A stretch of DNA of 64,000 nucleotides from Escherichia phage vB_EcoA_4HA11, in the sequence record MN445184; one strand, 5' to 3'. This document shows positions 1 through 9,351 of this stretch, in pieces. The notes under the pieces are model-generated. The model had not been told where the DNA came from and did no database searches. It saw only the letters and a list, made by a program, of their open reading frames with translations. Numbering within the stretch: the first letter of the stretch is position 1; each line of letters begins with the position of its first letter. Made by a program: the position numbers and the translations under genes.

Positions 1-202
1 ATGGAATGTGTTGTCATTGATATTCTCAAGAGCAGAAATAGCTTGTTCAAATACGTGTTCGTTGAGCGAAGTCTTTTCCAGCATAATAGACAACGCTTCA
101 ACCGAAGGACGAGCATTATATTCGCAAGTGTAATGGTCAATGAGACCGAATATAATTTTCTCGCCTTCGTTATCGAAATAATCGGCTTTCAAATACGGCT
201 GG
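1..202. repeat. Direct repeat copy A, identical to 318-519
   Basis: Compared base by base: 1-202 equals 318-519; identity ends at 203 (t) versus 520 (a). The plus-strand ORFs 1..237 and 249..551 share a 67-aa translation for the same reason. Confidence 0.9.
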
Positions 203-581
203 TGTTCATCTCATCTTTACGTTTCTCATCACCATAGATGTTGACGGCGTGTTTGATCGCATTATGAACAGCTTTCTGCCGCGCCCAACTTTCTGTTTCT
301 TTTACAAGCCATTCCTGATGGAATGTGTTGTCATTGATATTCTCAAGAGCAGAAATAGCTTGTTCAAATACGTGTTCGTTGAGCGAAGTCTTTTCCAGCA
401 TAATAGACAACGCTTCAACCGAAGGACGAGCATTATATTCGCAAGTGTAATGGTCAATGAGACCGAATATAATTTTCTCGCCTTCGTTATCGAAATAATC
501 GGCTTTCAAATACGGCTGGATCTTTCTTTGATATTCTTCGTTATAGATTAATTGGGAAAGCACGACAGATTCGAGTAACAT
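189..581 (-). CDS. 41: Replicative DNA helicase gp41-like (DnaB family), N-terminal ~131 aa only; frame broken at the 202/203 repeat junction
   Basis: ORF track 189..587; ATG at 581. MLLESVVLSQLIYNEEYQ...HQEWLVKETESWARQ matches the N-terminus of T4 gp41 as recalled. The ORF stops at 189 inside repeat copy A because the 317-bp offset is not a multiple of 3. The rest of a normal ~475-aa helicase is not in the window. Confidence 0.75.
   Translation of the reverse strand: MLLESVVLSQLIYNEEYQRKIQPYLKADYFDNEGEKIIFGLIDHYTCEYNARPSVEALSIMLEKTSLNEHVFEQAISALENINDNTFHQEWLVKETESWARQKAVHNAIKHAVNIYGDEKRKDEMNTSRI
318..519. repeat. Direct repeat copy B, in native helicase context
   Basis: Flanks on both sides (203-317 and 520-581) continue the gp41-like reading frame, so this copy is the native one. 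Confidence 0.9.
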
Positions 582-587
582 TGGCAA

Positions 588-917
588 CTACCCCACCAAA
601 ATTTTGTTGTAATCCTGAGCATTTTGCTGTATCAGATCAACTAAGATATCCCCAGACACCACAGTGAACAAGTCATTTTCTTTCAAATTAACAAATAACA
701 AACGCCATGGTTTCTTCAATATATCTGTTGTAAAGGATAACCGAGGCTCTCCATTATCTAAATGGACACCCACTTTCCCTATACGAAATTGAACACCGCG
801 GAACTTGCCTTCCGTTATTTCGATAATAGCTAACTGATCAGAACCAGGGTCGATGATTTTGTAATTAACGGGGGAGTCTCCTCCCCCTGCAATATTACTC
901 GGTTGTTTTGATGACAT
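588..917 (-). CDS. Hypothetical protein, at the position of T4 gene 40 between uvsX and 41
   Basis: 109-aa ORF, ATG start, 23-nt overlap with the uvsX end; identity rests on position only. Confidence 0.4.
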   Translation of the reverse strand: MSSKQPSNIAGGGDSPVNYKIIDPGSDQLAIIEITEGKFRGVQFRIGKVGVHLDNGEPRLSFTTDILKKPWRLLFVNLKENDLFTVVSGDILVDLIQQNAQDYNKILVG

Positions 918-1980
918 TATCGAGGCGCTCCAGCATATCTGCAGGCATAACCGAACTCTGAGAGATACCGAACATGTTGTTCACATCGTCAACAAAGTCT
1001 GGGTTTTCCAGCAACGGATACCAGAAGTCATCCCCCAGCTCTGCCTTACGATATTTCTTTTCTTTTTCTGGATCAAACCCGCCTTTGGCAGTACGTTGAT
1101 ACCAAGAACCACTCACCAAATCCACATACCCCAGCATGCGCGCAATTTCTAACATACCGGACCAACGGTCAATACCGCCTTCATACAACACAGTGACAGG
1201 GAACTTGGCTTTTTCACGGACAAAGCGGCCTTTCATAATGTTGACTGTAAACTGCCATCCCAAAAGGTCTTTGTCTTCTTTTACTTGAGAACGCGTGATG
1301 AACCACAATTGGTTAGAAGACAGGAACCCCTGTTTACCGCCTTTGATGTTCGGCTCGGCGTATTGGTTCCCGATTTCATCATAGTACGAGTTGATCCATA
1401 CCAAAACGAATTTCTTTTCAGTGACCAACGGGGTGATAACACGCCAAAAACTATTGAGAGCGCGAGCGCGGGTCATATCTTGTGTGTCTTTGCCCGCGAT
1501 GGCATCATCAACTTCTTTGGTAGACGGCAACTGGCTGATTGAGTCAATGAATACGATGATCTTGTCACCTTTCTGAGCATCATTCAGAAGCTGTGTCAGT
1601 TTGATCTTCGTCTTTTCAACGTTTTCAATCGGCAGATACAAGACACGGTCCATGTCAATACCCATAGATGTCCAGTAGTTTTCATTCGCACCGCCTTCTG
1701 AATCCGCGAAGATACAAATTGCATCAGGAAACTTATCCATGTAAGCCTTAACATCCACCAGCCCAAACATGGTTTTGAATGTACGAGAATCCCCCACCAA
1801 CTGTTTGATGCCTGATATCAGACCACCATCAATACGACCGGACCAGGCCAAATTCAGAATAGGAATACCCGTACTGCAAATAATGTCAGGCTTCAGCGCA
1901 TCGGTCTTTGACAGCACTTCGGCATTCGGGTCCAGTTTCTTTGCTGTCTTGAGCATGCGAGCCATCAATGAATCGGCCAT
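895..1980 (-). CDS. uvsX: UvsX recombinase (RecA-like)
   Basis: 361 aa. Blocks VLVWINSYYDEIG, GWQFTVNIMKGRFVREKAKF and GGIDRWSGMLEIARMLGYV resemble T4 UvsX; order uvsX-40-41 as in T4. Confidence 0.9.
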   Translation of the reverse strand: MADSLMARMLKTAKKLDPNAEVLSKTDALKPDIICSTGIPILNLAWSGRIDGGLISGIKQLVGDSRTFKTMFGLVDVKAYMDKFPDAICIFADSEGGANENYWTSMGIDMDRVLYLPIENVEKTKIKLTQLLNDAQKGDKIIVFIDSISQLPSTKEVDDAIAGKDTQDMTRARALNSFWRVITPLVTEKKFVLVWINSYYDEIGNQYAEPNIKGGKQGFLSSNQLWFITRSQVKEDKDLLGWQFTVNIMKGRFVREKAKFPVTVLYEGGIDRWSGMLEIARMLGYVDLVSGSWYQRTAKGGFDPEKEKKYRKAELGDDFWYPLLENPDFVDDVNNMFGISQSSVMPADMLERLDNVIKTTE

Positions 1981-2495
1981 TTCGTTTCCTCTTGCTTGTT
2001 GATCGTAATTAATAAATCGGTGCCCAAGACTTTCTTGGACAATATATTGATTGCTTCGTGAATCGCCATTATTGACGGGAGTTTTTCATCGTTAATTTCG
2101 GAACCCCCGCGTTCTGTTAAATACATATTACGCAGACGATTGTGCTGTGCCCTGTTGACACAAGAAACATTCAATGCGATATTCAGGATATACATCATTT
2201 GTTCAGTTGTAACATCCTTTGGAATAGCATGAACATAATATATCGCATCTTCAAAATAGATATGCTGCAATGACTCTGGAATTTCTTCCCCGCCAAAAGC
2301 AAAATCTTCAATGCGTTTAAAAAGTGTTTCCGGCTCTGGTGTTGTAATATGTTGTGTTACAGTAGCCGCACCATTTGGCCCTTTCTTGAAATTGGTCGCA
2401 ATAACGACATGACCGCCTGGTTTAATAAACTCAGCGAAGTTCTCTGCCATGTACGGGGCATGTTCCGCATAATATGATACGACGACTGTAAACAT
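1965..2495 (-). CDS. Hypothetical protein
   Basis: 176-aa ORF in the operon, start/stop overlaps with neighbours; no family recognised. Confidence 0.45.
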   Translation of the reverse strand: MFTVVVSYYAEHAPYMAENFAEFIKPGGHVVIATNFKKGPNGAATVTQHITTPEPETLFKRIEDFAFGGEEIPESLQHIYFEDAIYYVHAIPKDVTTEQMMYILNIALNVSCVNRAQHNRLRNMYLTERGGSEINDEKLPSIMAIHEAINILSKKVLGTDLLITINKQEETKWPIH

Positions 2496-3040
2496 TAGAA
2501 CTCCAGAGTCAGAGGGGTTTCGGCAGACTTGTCATAGTTCGCACCGCCAGCAGCACGTAGACGATTGCGATCGTTCTTGCGCTTGTGCGCCAGCATGTAG
2601 GTTTCGGCATCCAGTCCCAAATAACCACAAGCATACGCAAGGAAAGCAGCCAGCACATTGCGCTCTGGATGAGACATAAAATGCGTAAACAGATTTGTCA
2701 CATGGAGGAAATCTGGCTTTCTCTGAATAGGTTGGTCAGACACATAACCCGTCATGTCGTACATATCATGCGGCTCTGCTTCTTTTTGTATAACGGCACA
2801 CAGCATGAAGTGGACAACATCGACCAATTCATAGACTGCATTAACTTGGTGCCATTGCTGATCATTTCCATAGATCTTCCAACTGGTCGAAACTTCATCA
2901 AGAAATTCCGCCCACTCGCGGTAGATGGAATTCGCCACCGCTACATCGGTCCAATACTTCTTCCACTCTTCCCCAAAATAGGCCACGTTGGTGGCCTTTT
3001 GAAGTTCGAGCAGATTTTTGATATGCTCTGCTGTGATCAT
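2495..3040 (-). CDS. MazG-like all-alpha dNTP pyrophosphatase (gp56-like dCTPase/dUTPase candidate)
   Basis: 181 aa; acidic helical core WAEFLDEVSTSW...AVYELVDVVHFMLCA resembles T4 gp56 and MazG-type pyrophosphatases. Confidence 0.5.
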   Translation of the reverse strand: MITAEHIKNLLELQKATNVAYFGEEWKKYWTDVAVANSIYREWAEFLDEVSTSWKIYGNDQQWHQVNAVYELVDVVHFMLCAVIQKEAEPHDMYDMTGYVSDQPIQRKPDFLHVTNLFTHFMSHPERNVLAAFLAYACGYLGLDAETYMLAHKRKNDRNRLRAAGGANYDKSAETPLTLEF

Positions 3041-3603
3041 TTCCGATCCCTATAAAATTTGACGAATGGTTGCCAACCTTCAAATGGGTTAACAAATTCA
3101 TAATCAACTTCCATCTTATCAATGAAAGCCTCAATGTCATCCTCTATGATACCACCGCGATCCGCCTTTGAAATGCGGGTGATGGGACATTTAGTGCTCA
3201 GCGCCCATTCATATTCCTGAGGGGTGCGCAAATCACTCACGATATAATGAACGTGTGGGTTCTGCTCCACCAAAGGAAGTTGATATCGTTTAAAGAATGA
3301 CAGGAACAGGTCTGGTTGTACATAACGCAAGCCCGTATCGCTGCCCAGATGAAGCCAGATCTGCCGTGGGGTTAAGCCCTTGGGGTTATCAGGGTGTACG
3401 AATGGAACGTCCTTCACAGCATCCTCCACCTCCGCTGGTAGCCATGGGTAGATGAAATTGGCGACACGTCGCAGTTCATCTGAGAAAGACAGACGACGAA
3501 TATCCTTATCACCCTGAATATGATGAAAACTGATCAGGGACTCCAAACAGAAGTCCTTGCCGGAGCGCTTGCGCCCCGTGAAGAATTCAAGGTTCTGGTA
3601 CAT
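3037..3603 (-). CDS. Deoxynucleoside monophosphate kinase (gp1-like)
   Basis: N-terminal P-loop LEFFTGRKRSGKDF resembles T4 gp1 LIFLSGVKRSGKDT; ATG at 3603 overlaps the stop of the upstream gene (ATGA). Confidence 0.6.
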   Translation of the reverse strand: MYQNLEFFTGRKRSGKDFCLESLISFHHIQGDKDIRRLSFSDELRRVANFIYPWLPAEVEDAVKDVPFVHPDNPKGLTPRQIWLHLGSDTGLRYVQPDLFLSFFKRYQLPLVEQNPHVHYIVSDLRTPQEYEWALSTKCPITRISKADRGGIIEDDIEAFIDKMEVDYEFVNPFEGWQPFVKFYRDRK

Positions 3604-4643
3604 CATTCGCCATACCCCCACATAAATTTCTGATCAACAGGGGAATGCAGTAATGCAGTACGAAGACCGTCATCAGCGATACGGCGTTTGTCAATTTTGG
3701 TATCATTGAGGCGACACCACAGGCAATATGACATATCCATCATCAATCCCGTGTCTGCTTGATATCCTTTCAGATGTTCTCTGATTTTACCAAAATCACT
3801 GCCGATGTCACAGTGATGTAACACGCCGAGGAATAGATTACAAATATCTTTTTGCGACTTCACTTTTTCTGAAGAGAATTCCAGCAAAGAATTGTACATC
3901 CCAGAAGAAGTTTTGGTCTTCTTAGTGATACCCCCGAGTTGTTTCCGACTAACTTCATTGTTGTAATAATGAAGATTGTTAGAAAACAGTTTGTAATACC
4001 CAACTTCGACATTCAGCACTTTCGCCAGAACTTCTTGCAGGATAGAGAATTCAATGAAATTGATTGAACTCATGCCCCACAAGACATCTTGGCTGCGGTT
4101 AATGACAGTGATATTCAATCGCCCTTCTGTTATACTGAACAATAGAGCAAGATTACAGATCATGTCCTTGGTCTTGGCTTCTCCAGTTTCACTATGGGCG
4201 GCCAAACCTTCATCTGAGTCCAGCGCCGGATCATAGATGGTGAGATACGCCTGACGGGTGTTGGGATTATTACGCAGACGGCTGATGACACTATCCAACT
4301 GGCCATTATTGTACAGACGTGGGCCATACGCGCCTCGCCAGGTTACACCGTCATCAGAGAAGTTGGCGGCGCGGGGTAAGACTTTCGAAAGGAAACGGAT
4401 ATCATTACGTCCGGACAACACCCAGAATGTCTCACCGATGGCAGCAATTGCCGACGAGTTGCGGCCTTCAACGGAAAGCCAACGGTCACGTGGATCTGAT
4501 ACTGTAATTGTTACACCATCAATGAAACGAGTGCCGTCAGTGTTAATCTCTGCGTTGCCAGGATCTGACTCAATGCCGTGTTCACGGATGGCCAACACAG
4601 CCTTCTTCAGCATATCATTATTGTTTAAAGCAAAAATTTCCAT
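3603..4643 (-). CDS. Thymidylate-synthase-fold pyrimidine C5 transferase (thymidylate synthase or dUMP hydroxymethylase) with ~90-aa C-terminal extension
   Basis: 346 aa from ATG 4643. TS motifs ETFWVLSGRNDIRFL, VTWRGAYGPRLY, NPNTRQAYLTIYDP, catalytic-Cys region KDMICNLALLF, NRSQDVLWGMSSINFIEFS. Asn sits where TS has the uracil-recognising Asn and T4 dCMP hydroxymethylase has Asp. Confidence 0.75.
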   Translation of the reverse strand: MEIFALNNNDMLKKAVLAIREHGIESDPGNAEINTDGTRFIDGVTITVSDPRDRWLSVEGRNSSAIAAIGETFWVLSGRNDIRFLSKVLPRAANFSDDGVTWRGAYGPRLYNNGQLDSVISRLRNNPNTRQAYLTIYDPALDSDEGLAAHSETGEAKTKDMICNLALLFSITEGRLNITVINRSQDVLWGMSSINFIEFSILQEVLAKVLNVEVGYYKLFSNNLHYYNNEVSRKQLGGITKKTKTSSGMYNSLLEFSSEKVKSQKDICNLFLGVLHHCDIGSDFGKIREHLKGYQADTGLMMDMSYCLWCRLNDTKIDKRRIADDGLRTALLHSPVDQKFMWGYGE

Positions 4644-5317
4644 CAATCAATACTCCCAAAATCACGATTGAGAAACGCAAAAACAGCCTGCTCTATAGTC
4701 AGGCCATTGGACTTCATCATACCTGCGGGAACGGTAGGGAACAAGCCTTTATGCCGTTGGCGGTGGTCATGAACTCTCTCCCACTTTTCGACAACCAGGC
4801 TTTCATTGAAGTCTGCGCCGCCGTTGCGTGATTTCACACGGGAAACACAGGTTTCAAGCGGGGTGTCCATGAAGAGCACGACTAATTCGCGCGGTGGGCG
4901 CGTCAGGCGGGGAATCCATGAGCTGAGCAAAGTTGAAGGGATGATTCCTTCAAACAACACGTCATATTTCAGATATTCCGGCTGATCAGCAATGGACAAG
5001 GCGAACAACATCTGCTCGGTATCTTTCAGGGAATCAACACCTTTAGACTTAGACTTGTCATATTTACCAATACAGATAATGTTATAGGAAGGGCAAACTG
5101 TGAGCATGATCTTGCCATTGTAGGTCACGACATACGCCTGAGGATCATTCTCCGCCAGATAGGAAGGGACAGTGGACTTGCCGCTACCGTTGGAGCCTTT
5201 AACGTAATACAACTCTCCTCGTGCCGGATATTCCCCTTCGACAGCAGGTGGTTTTACAAATAGATGTACGGGGCGCTTCAACAACCCTTTGAGCGAATAC
5301 GACATGGTGTGCTCCAA
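4643..5317 (-). CDS. P-loop kinase (Walker A GSNGSGKST), substrate unknown
   Basis: 224 aa; YYVKGSNGSGKST Walker A; immediately upstream of and translationally coupled to the TS-fold gene. Confidence 0.5.
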   Translation of the reverse strand: MEHTMSYSLKGLLKRPVHLFVKPPAVEGEYPARGELYYVKGSNGSGKSTVPSYLAENDPQAYVVTYNGKIMLTVCPSYNIICIGKYDKSKSKGVDSLKDTEQMLFALSIADQPEYLKYDVLFEGIIPSTLLSSWIPRLTRPPRELVVLFMDTPLETCVSRVKSRNGGADFNESLVVEKWERVHDHRQRHKGLFPTVPAGMMKSNGLTIEQAVFAFLNRDFGSID

Positions 5318-5377
5318 TAAACAAAAGGAGCTGCTATTATAGCAGCCCCTTCATCTATTGAATGCTTCTGAATTAAA

Positions 5378-6337
5378 TTACGCAGCAGCTTTCGCTTCGG
5401 CCAACGCCTGTGGCAACCATTCATTGATTGCTTTCACCAGAGATTCGGCATCAGTTTCTTTGATTTTCTGGCGTTTGGTGAATGATTTACCATTCACATA
5501 CAGACTGAACCCCCAGCCGCCGGAAACGATCGGCGCCAGATCAACATAAGTATTGGTGCGGGCGTGTGGATTGGCTTCATCTGCCAGTTCGGTAACAGGG
5601 AACTGGAACCAGCGCATATCCGGATTCACATAGCTCAAATAAACCCCAGGCACAACCCCCGATTCAACCGCAGCCAGGATAGGACCATAATTGGATGCGC
5701 GAGCCGCTTCAACCATTTCTTCACGCTTGTTATGACGACGCTTGCGTTCTTCGGTAGAAGATGCAGGGCGCATTTCAGAAGATTTCTTGGCCAGAACCGC
5801 CTTCGCGTTCGCTAAAGCCTGATCATCCTTCGGATTTTCAACGTCGGCGATTGCTTCAGCAACGGTTGTGCCCAGCATACGACGGCGAACTTCTTCAGCA
5901 CGGGCTTGCGCTTCTTCGTCAAGAACTTCTTCGCCTTCAACTACCAGGGAAATGGAACCGTCTTTGTTGACTTCAAGAGAACCGTCTTCGACGGTCTGGG
6001 AATTTTGATCACCGACAGGTTGCCCAACCGTTTCTTCGGCGTCAATCACCGGATTTGATTCACCGTCGCCCTGTTTAACCCCCGCATCTTCGGTCGGTTT
6101 AACTTTTTCGGCTTCAGCGCGGTCAAGAGCTTCGAGAGTCTCTTCTTTCTCTTCCTGGCTCAGACCTTCAATGAGTTCAAAGCCGTTGGCTGACTGGAGG
6201 ACGCCTTCCATCATACGGCGTAACGTGACGTTGCCGATGATAAGGTCTGCACCTTTGATTTCTGCTTGAAGATCAGCAGCGGTTTTACCATCAATTTCAA
6301 ATTTCAGGCCGGACTCGATATGAAGAATATAGGACAT
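5378..6337 (-). CDS. Hypothetical protein with long acidic low-complexity linker
   Basis: 319 aa; first gene of the operon after a ~170-bp intergenic region; E/D-rich middle between two globular ends. Confidence 0.5.
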   Translation of the reverse strand: MSYILHIESGLKFEIDGKTAADLQAEIKGADLIIGNVTLRRMMEGVLQSANGFELIEGLSQEEKEETLEALDRAEAEKVKPTEDAGVKQGDGESNPVIDAEETVGQPVGDQNSQTVEDGSLEVNKDGSISLVVEGEEVLDEEAQARAEEVRRRMLGTTVAEAIADVENPKDDQALANAKAVLAKKSSEMRPASSTEERKRRHNKREEMVEAARASNYGPILAAVESGVVPGVYLSYVNPDMRWFQFPVTELADEANPHARTNTYVDLAPIVSGGWGFSLYVNGKSFTKRQKIKETDAESLVKAINEWLPQALAEAKAAA

Positions 6338-6510
6338 AATAAAAACCCTTTTGTGTAGTAACCTTCTTTGGCAGTCTAATGTTCAACTGTGCGTCTGGAA
6401 CATTAATATACTGCCTTTTTAGAAGATGTAAACCACTTTTTATTGAAAAGTTGGTTAACACTTCTGTGTTAGACAACGGAACGCTGTATCAGCGCGGACT
6501 GGCGTGAATA

Positions 6511-6798
6511 TTAACTTTGTATATCAATATTGAAAACTGTTTCAGGTGGCCACATGGCAGACAACTCGATCTGTGTGAACTTCGGTTGAACATACTGATC
6601 TAACACTTCATCCCAGAGAGCATGTTCTATGTTAGCAATCAACAATTCGTCGTCCACTATTTCGACGGAATGAACCACTATCCGGTGGTCATAAGTCAAA
6701 GCATCGCTCACATGATCATTTTCTGCTCTCAGGTGCTGCATTATGAAATATTCGATTACAGATTCCAGTACCGTGTTCAGACGAACATATTTCTTCAT
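6511..6798 (-). CDS. Hypothetical protein
   Basis: 95-aa ORF on the coding strand of the block. Confidence 0.4.
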   Translation of the reverse strand: MKKYVRLNTVLESVIEYFIMQHLRAENDHVSDALTYDHRIVVHSVEIVDDELLIANIEHALWDEVLDQYVQPKFTQIELSAMWPPETVFNIDIQS

Positions 6799-6815
6799 AC
6801 AGCCCCCTGCTTGTG

Positions 6816-7562
6816 CTACAGATAGAAATTAGGGATTTCGCCGGATTCACAACCAAACCCGTTAAAATTCTGCTCAACGTGTAAGCGAATTTTATTCACC
6901 ACTACCTGACGATGCTCTTCTTCCATACAACGTTCAATCAAAGAATACGCTGTGTATGACAGACTGTTGAACAATCTGGAAATAACAAGGCAATTCTCTT
7001 CATTGTAAACGACTTCAGTATGGATTGCGAAAGCGTGGTCTTCGTCGGTAAGAATTTTACAGCCTTTGACCACAAATGGTTTTTCAAAGAAATCACGAGC
7101 TGAATCAGTGCCAGATTCTGGCATCAAACGGAAATCACCTTCTTCGCCGAAAACTGCTTTCAGATTTTCTTTACTGAATTCCGCTTCCATCTGTATACGT
7201 TTGTCGGCAAGATATTTCGCCGCAAAGTAGAATTTACCCACTGCATCATTAGCAGCGCGGCGGTTCGTAGCGGCTTGGGTATAACCAGAAACGAAGTCTT
7301 CAATGAATTCCAATGCTTCTGGTTTGCCAAAACGAATTTCGTCGCCCAGATCCAAGCTGGCTTCAGAATCAAGTTCAATACCCATAACCTTAAGAAGATC
7401 CGTTTCATTCAGCCTGTGCTGATTGAACAATTGTTCCTTGGAATATCCCAACTGGCTACCGAGTTCATATCCGGTTTTACCACCCGAATCTTTATGGGTG
7501 CGATCATAACGAACGCAATTAGAACTGAATTCAATACCAAAAATACGATGTAGCTGTGACAT
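6816..7562 (-). CDS. Hypothetical protein
   Basis: 248-aa ORF; no family recognised. Confidence 0.5.
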   Translation of the reverse strand: MSQLHRIFGIEFSSNCVRYDRTHKDSGGKTGYELGSQLGYSKEQLFNQHRLNETDLLKVMGIELDSEASLDLGDEIRFGKPEALEFIEDFVSGYTQAATNRRAANDAVGKFYFAAKYLADKRIQMEAEFSKENLKAVFGEEGDFRLMPESGTDSARDFFEKPFVVKGCKILTDEDHAFAIHTEVVYNEENCLVISRLFNSLSYTAYSLIERCMEEEHRQVVVNKIRLHVEQNFNGFGCESGEIPNFYL

Positions 7563-7623
7563 ATCATAACCTCATGTTTATAGAAAGCCGTTCGCGAATT
7601 ATCACGTAGAACGACTTTTAGAA

Positions 7624-8328
7624 CTAACCATTTTTGTGTTTACGACGTGCGTCCTTCCAAACAGACATCTGACTCTGTTTCTGGAATCGAGCAGTACGCA
7701 TAAACAAAACGACCTCCCAATATTGCGGTTCAATTTCATAAAGTTGTGAACGAAATTGATCTGCGCGGTATAATTTGACACAATGATTGTACAAAGGGTG
7801 ATTCGCAAACCGCTTTAGCGCATCCCAGGTAAGTCTCAAACGTGTTTTAGAACGATATGCCCGTTCATTTCTCAATTTAATGAGATCTTCAAATACCAAC
7901 AATCTGAGTTTAGGCGGTAAATAATGGAGGTTTAGGCCATAAAGATAGGTCACACCACGTTCACCGAATTTCACCCCGTCCCCCTTCACAAAATTGAAGA
8001 AGAACACCAGAGGATACATATCCCAATACGGGAGTTCATCTTTAGTCAGCGCATCATATTTGAAATAATACATGCGACCAACAATATAACGCACACCCTG
8101 AACAGGACGTTTATTTTCAGCGAATGCTTTCATCATGTGATTCGGAGATAAGTTAGCATCTTTCGACACGCGCTCCATAAACCACACATGAGAACGACGG
8201 ATATTACGCTTCGCTTCCGGCCCAAAATGTTGACGATATTTGCGGATGTAACGCTTGACCAGTTCTGGGGCGTCCATCTCGGCGGGAAGCAACAACGGGT
8301 CTTCTTCACCCATAGCGTTCTTAGCCAT
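7624..8328 (-). CDS. Hypothetical protein
   Basis: 234-aa ORF, ATG start at 8328; diverges from the plus-strand late gene. Confidence 0.5.
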   Translation of the reverse strand: MAKNAMGEEDPLLLPAEMDAPELVKRYIRKYRQHFGPEAKRNIRRSHVWFMERVSKDANLSPNHMMKAFAENKRPVQGVRYIVGRMYYFKYDALTKDELPYWDMYPLVFFFNFVKGDGVKFGERGVTYLYGLNLHYLPPKLRLLVFEDLIKLRNERAYRSKTRLRLTWDALKRFANHPLYNHCVKLYRADQFRSQLYEIEPQYWEVVLFMRTARFQKQSQMSVWKDARRKHKNG

Positions 8329-8340
8329 TTGTCAACTCCT

Positions 8341-8348
8341 TATAAATA
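8341..8348 (+). promoter_or_regulatory. T4-type late promoter TATAAATA
   Basis: Exact TATAAATA ~35 nt upstream of GTG 8383, with GGAG between. Confidence 0.6.
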
Positions 8349-8382
8349 TCAACAGATATATTATTTAAATGGAGTCCTCATC

Positions 8383-9324
8383 GTGGAAGACTATCGCAAT
8401 TTTCTAACGCAACTGCTTCAACGGGGTATTTCCCGCAAGAACAGATTTCGTGTTACAATTCCGTTGCCGCCTGGGATATTTGATTCCAATGCAACACTAG
8501 CAAATGATGGGAACGCATATCCTTCATCTTCATTCGGCGATTTATTCAAACAAAGCGCCCGTATTGTAAACGCATTCTTTGGAGGGACAAACCAAACATC
8601 CCGTTCCCTGCAAATGATGTGTATGGTCGCATCTTTACCTGGTACAGGGATTGACACTACTCCCATGACCAACAACGGCAACCACATTAAAATGCCGAAC
8701 AACAAGACGAACATTGATCTGGAGTTGTCGTTCCTCCTCGCCAACGATTATTATGAAAAGTCGGTCATGGACAAATGGAAGAATCTGATATTCGACCCAT
8801 ACACAACCAAGATGGGTTATTATGAAGATTTCGTGACCGATATTTGTATAGAACAAATGGATACAGAAGATCAGGTTGTTCATCGCGTTTATGTGACTGA
8901 GGCTCACCCCATCAACTTCAGTTCTATAGATCTGGATAAAAGCGCCGCCGATCAATTTAATCAGTACAACATTTCCTTTTCTTATAACAAAGTATTATCG
9001 GAGACTGAATATGAAACGCGCAGCCTCGCCAGCGATTTTCTTCCTTTGGGTATTACTGATGCTCTTGCTTCCGGAGACTGGGAAACCGCTGCGTCAAAAG
9101 CCGGACAGCTGTATAAAAAGATCAAAGAAGGAAACTTCACAGGTGAAGCCCTGCTGGCTTATAAGCAACTCGATCAGCTTGTAAACAATCTGGCTGGTAT
9201 CAGCTTGGCTGATTTCGAAAGGATCTCTATCGGCATCCAGAGGGATATATTAGGCAATGATAACCTGACGGCGTCTGAGAAGAGTAGTCTGTTGGGATTG
9301 TTACAGGATGTTGTCAAAAACTAA
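8383..9324 (+). CDS. Late protein, probably virion structural (313 aa)
   Basis: ORF track 8188..9324. Start placed at in-frame GTG 8383, preceded by GGAG and the late promoter; the 8188 ATG would put the promoter inside the gene and overlap the divergent gene. Confidence 0.5.
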   Translation: MEDYRNFLTQLLQRGISRKNRFRVTIPLPPGIFDSNATLANDGNAYPSSSFGDLFKQSARIVNAFFGGTNQTSRSLQMMCMVASLPGTGIDTTPMTNNGNHIKMPNNKTNIDLELSFLLANDYYEKSVMDKWKNLIFDPYTTKMGYYEDFVTDICIEQMDTEDQVVHRVYVTEAHPINFSSIDLDKSAADQFNQYNISFSYNKVLSETEYETRSLASDFLPLGITDALASGDWETAASKAGQLYKKIKEGNFTGEALLAYKQLDQLVNNLAGISLADFERISIGIQRDILGNDNLTASEKSSLLGLLQDVVKN

Positions 9325-9344
9325 AAAGCCCCCGAAGGGGCTTT
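9325..9344. terminator. Bidirectional hairpin terminator between the late gene and gp32
   Basis: AAAGCCCC-CGAA-GGGGCTTT, 8-bp stem, T-run on the minus strand. Confidence 0.6.
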
Positions 9345-9351
9345 AGTGAAA

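Noticed and set aside
1-551. Plus-strand ORFs 1..237 (78 aa) and 249..551 (100 aa) sharing a 67-aa identical translation
   Set aside because: They are antisense to the gp41 helicase gene and their identity is just the 202-bp DNA repeat read in one frame; not independent genes.
3603-4643. Calling the TS-fold enzyme a dCMP hydroxymethylase (T4 gene 42 orthologue) on position alone
   Set aside because: The pyrimidine-recognition residue is Asn as in dUMP-specific enzymes, not Asp as in dCMP hydroxymethylase, so only the fold and family are asserted.
8188-8382. Upstream ATG start at 8188 for the plus-strand late gene
   Set aside because: It would overlap the divergent gene 7624..8328 by 140 nt and place the TATAAATA late promoter inside the coding region; GTG 8383 with GGAG is preferred.
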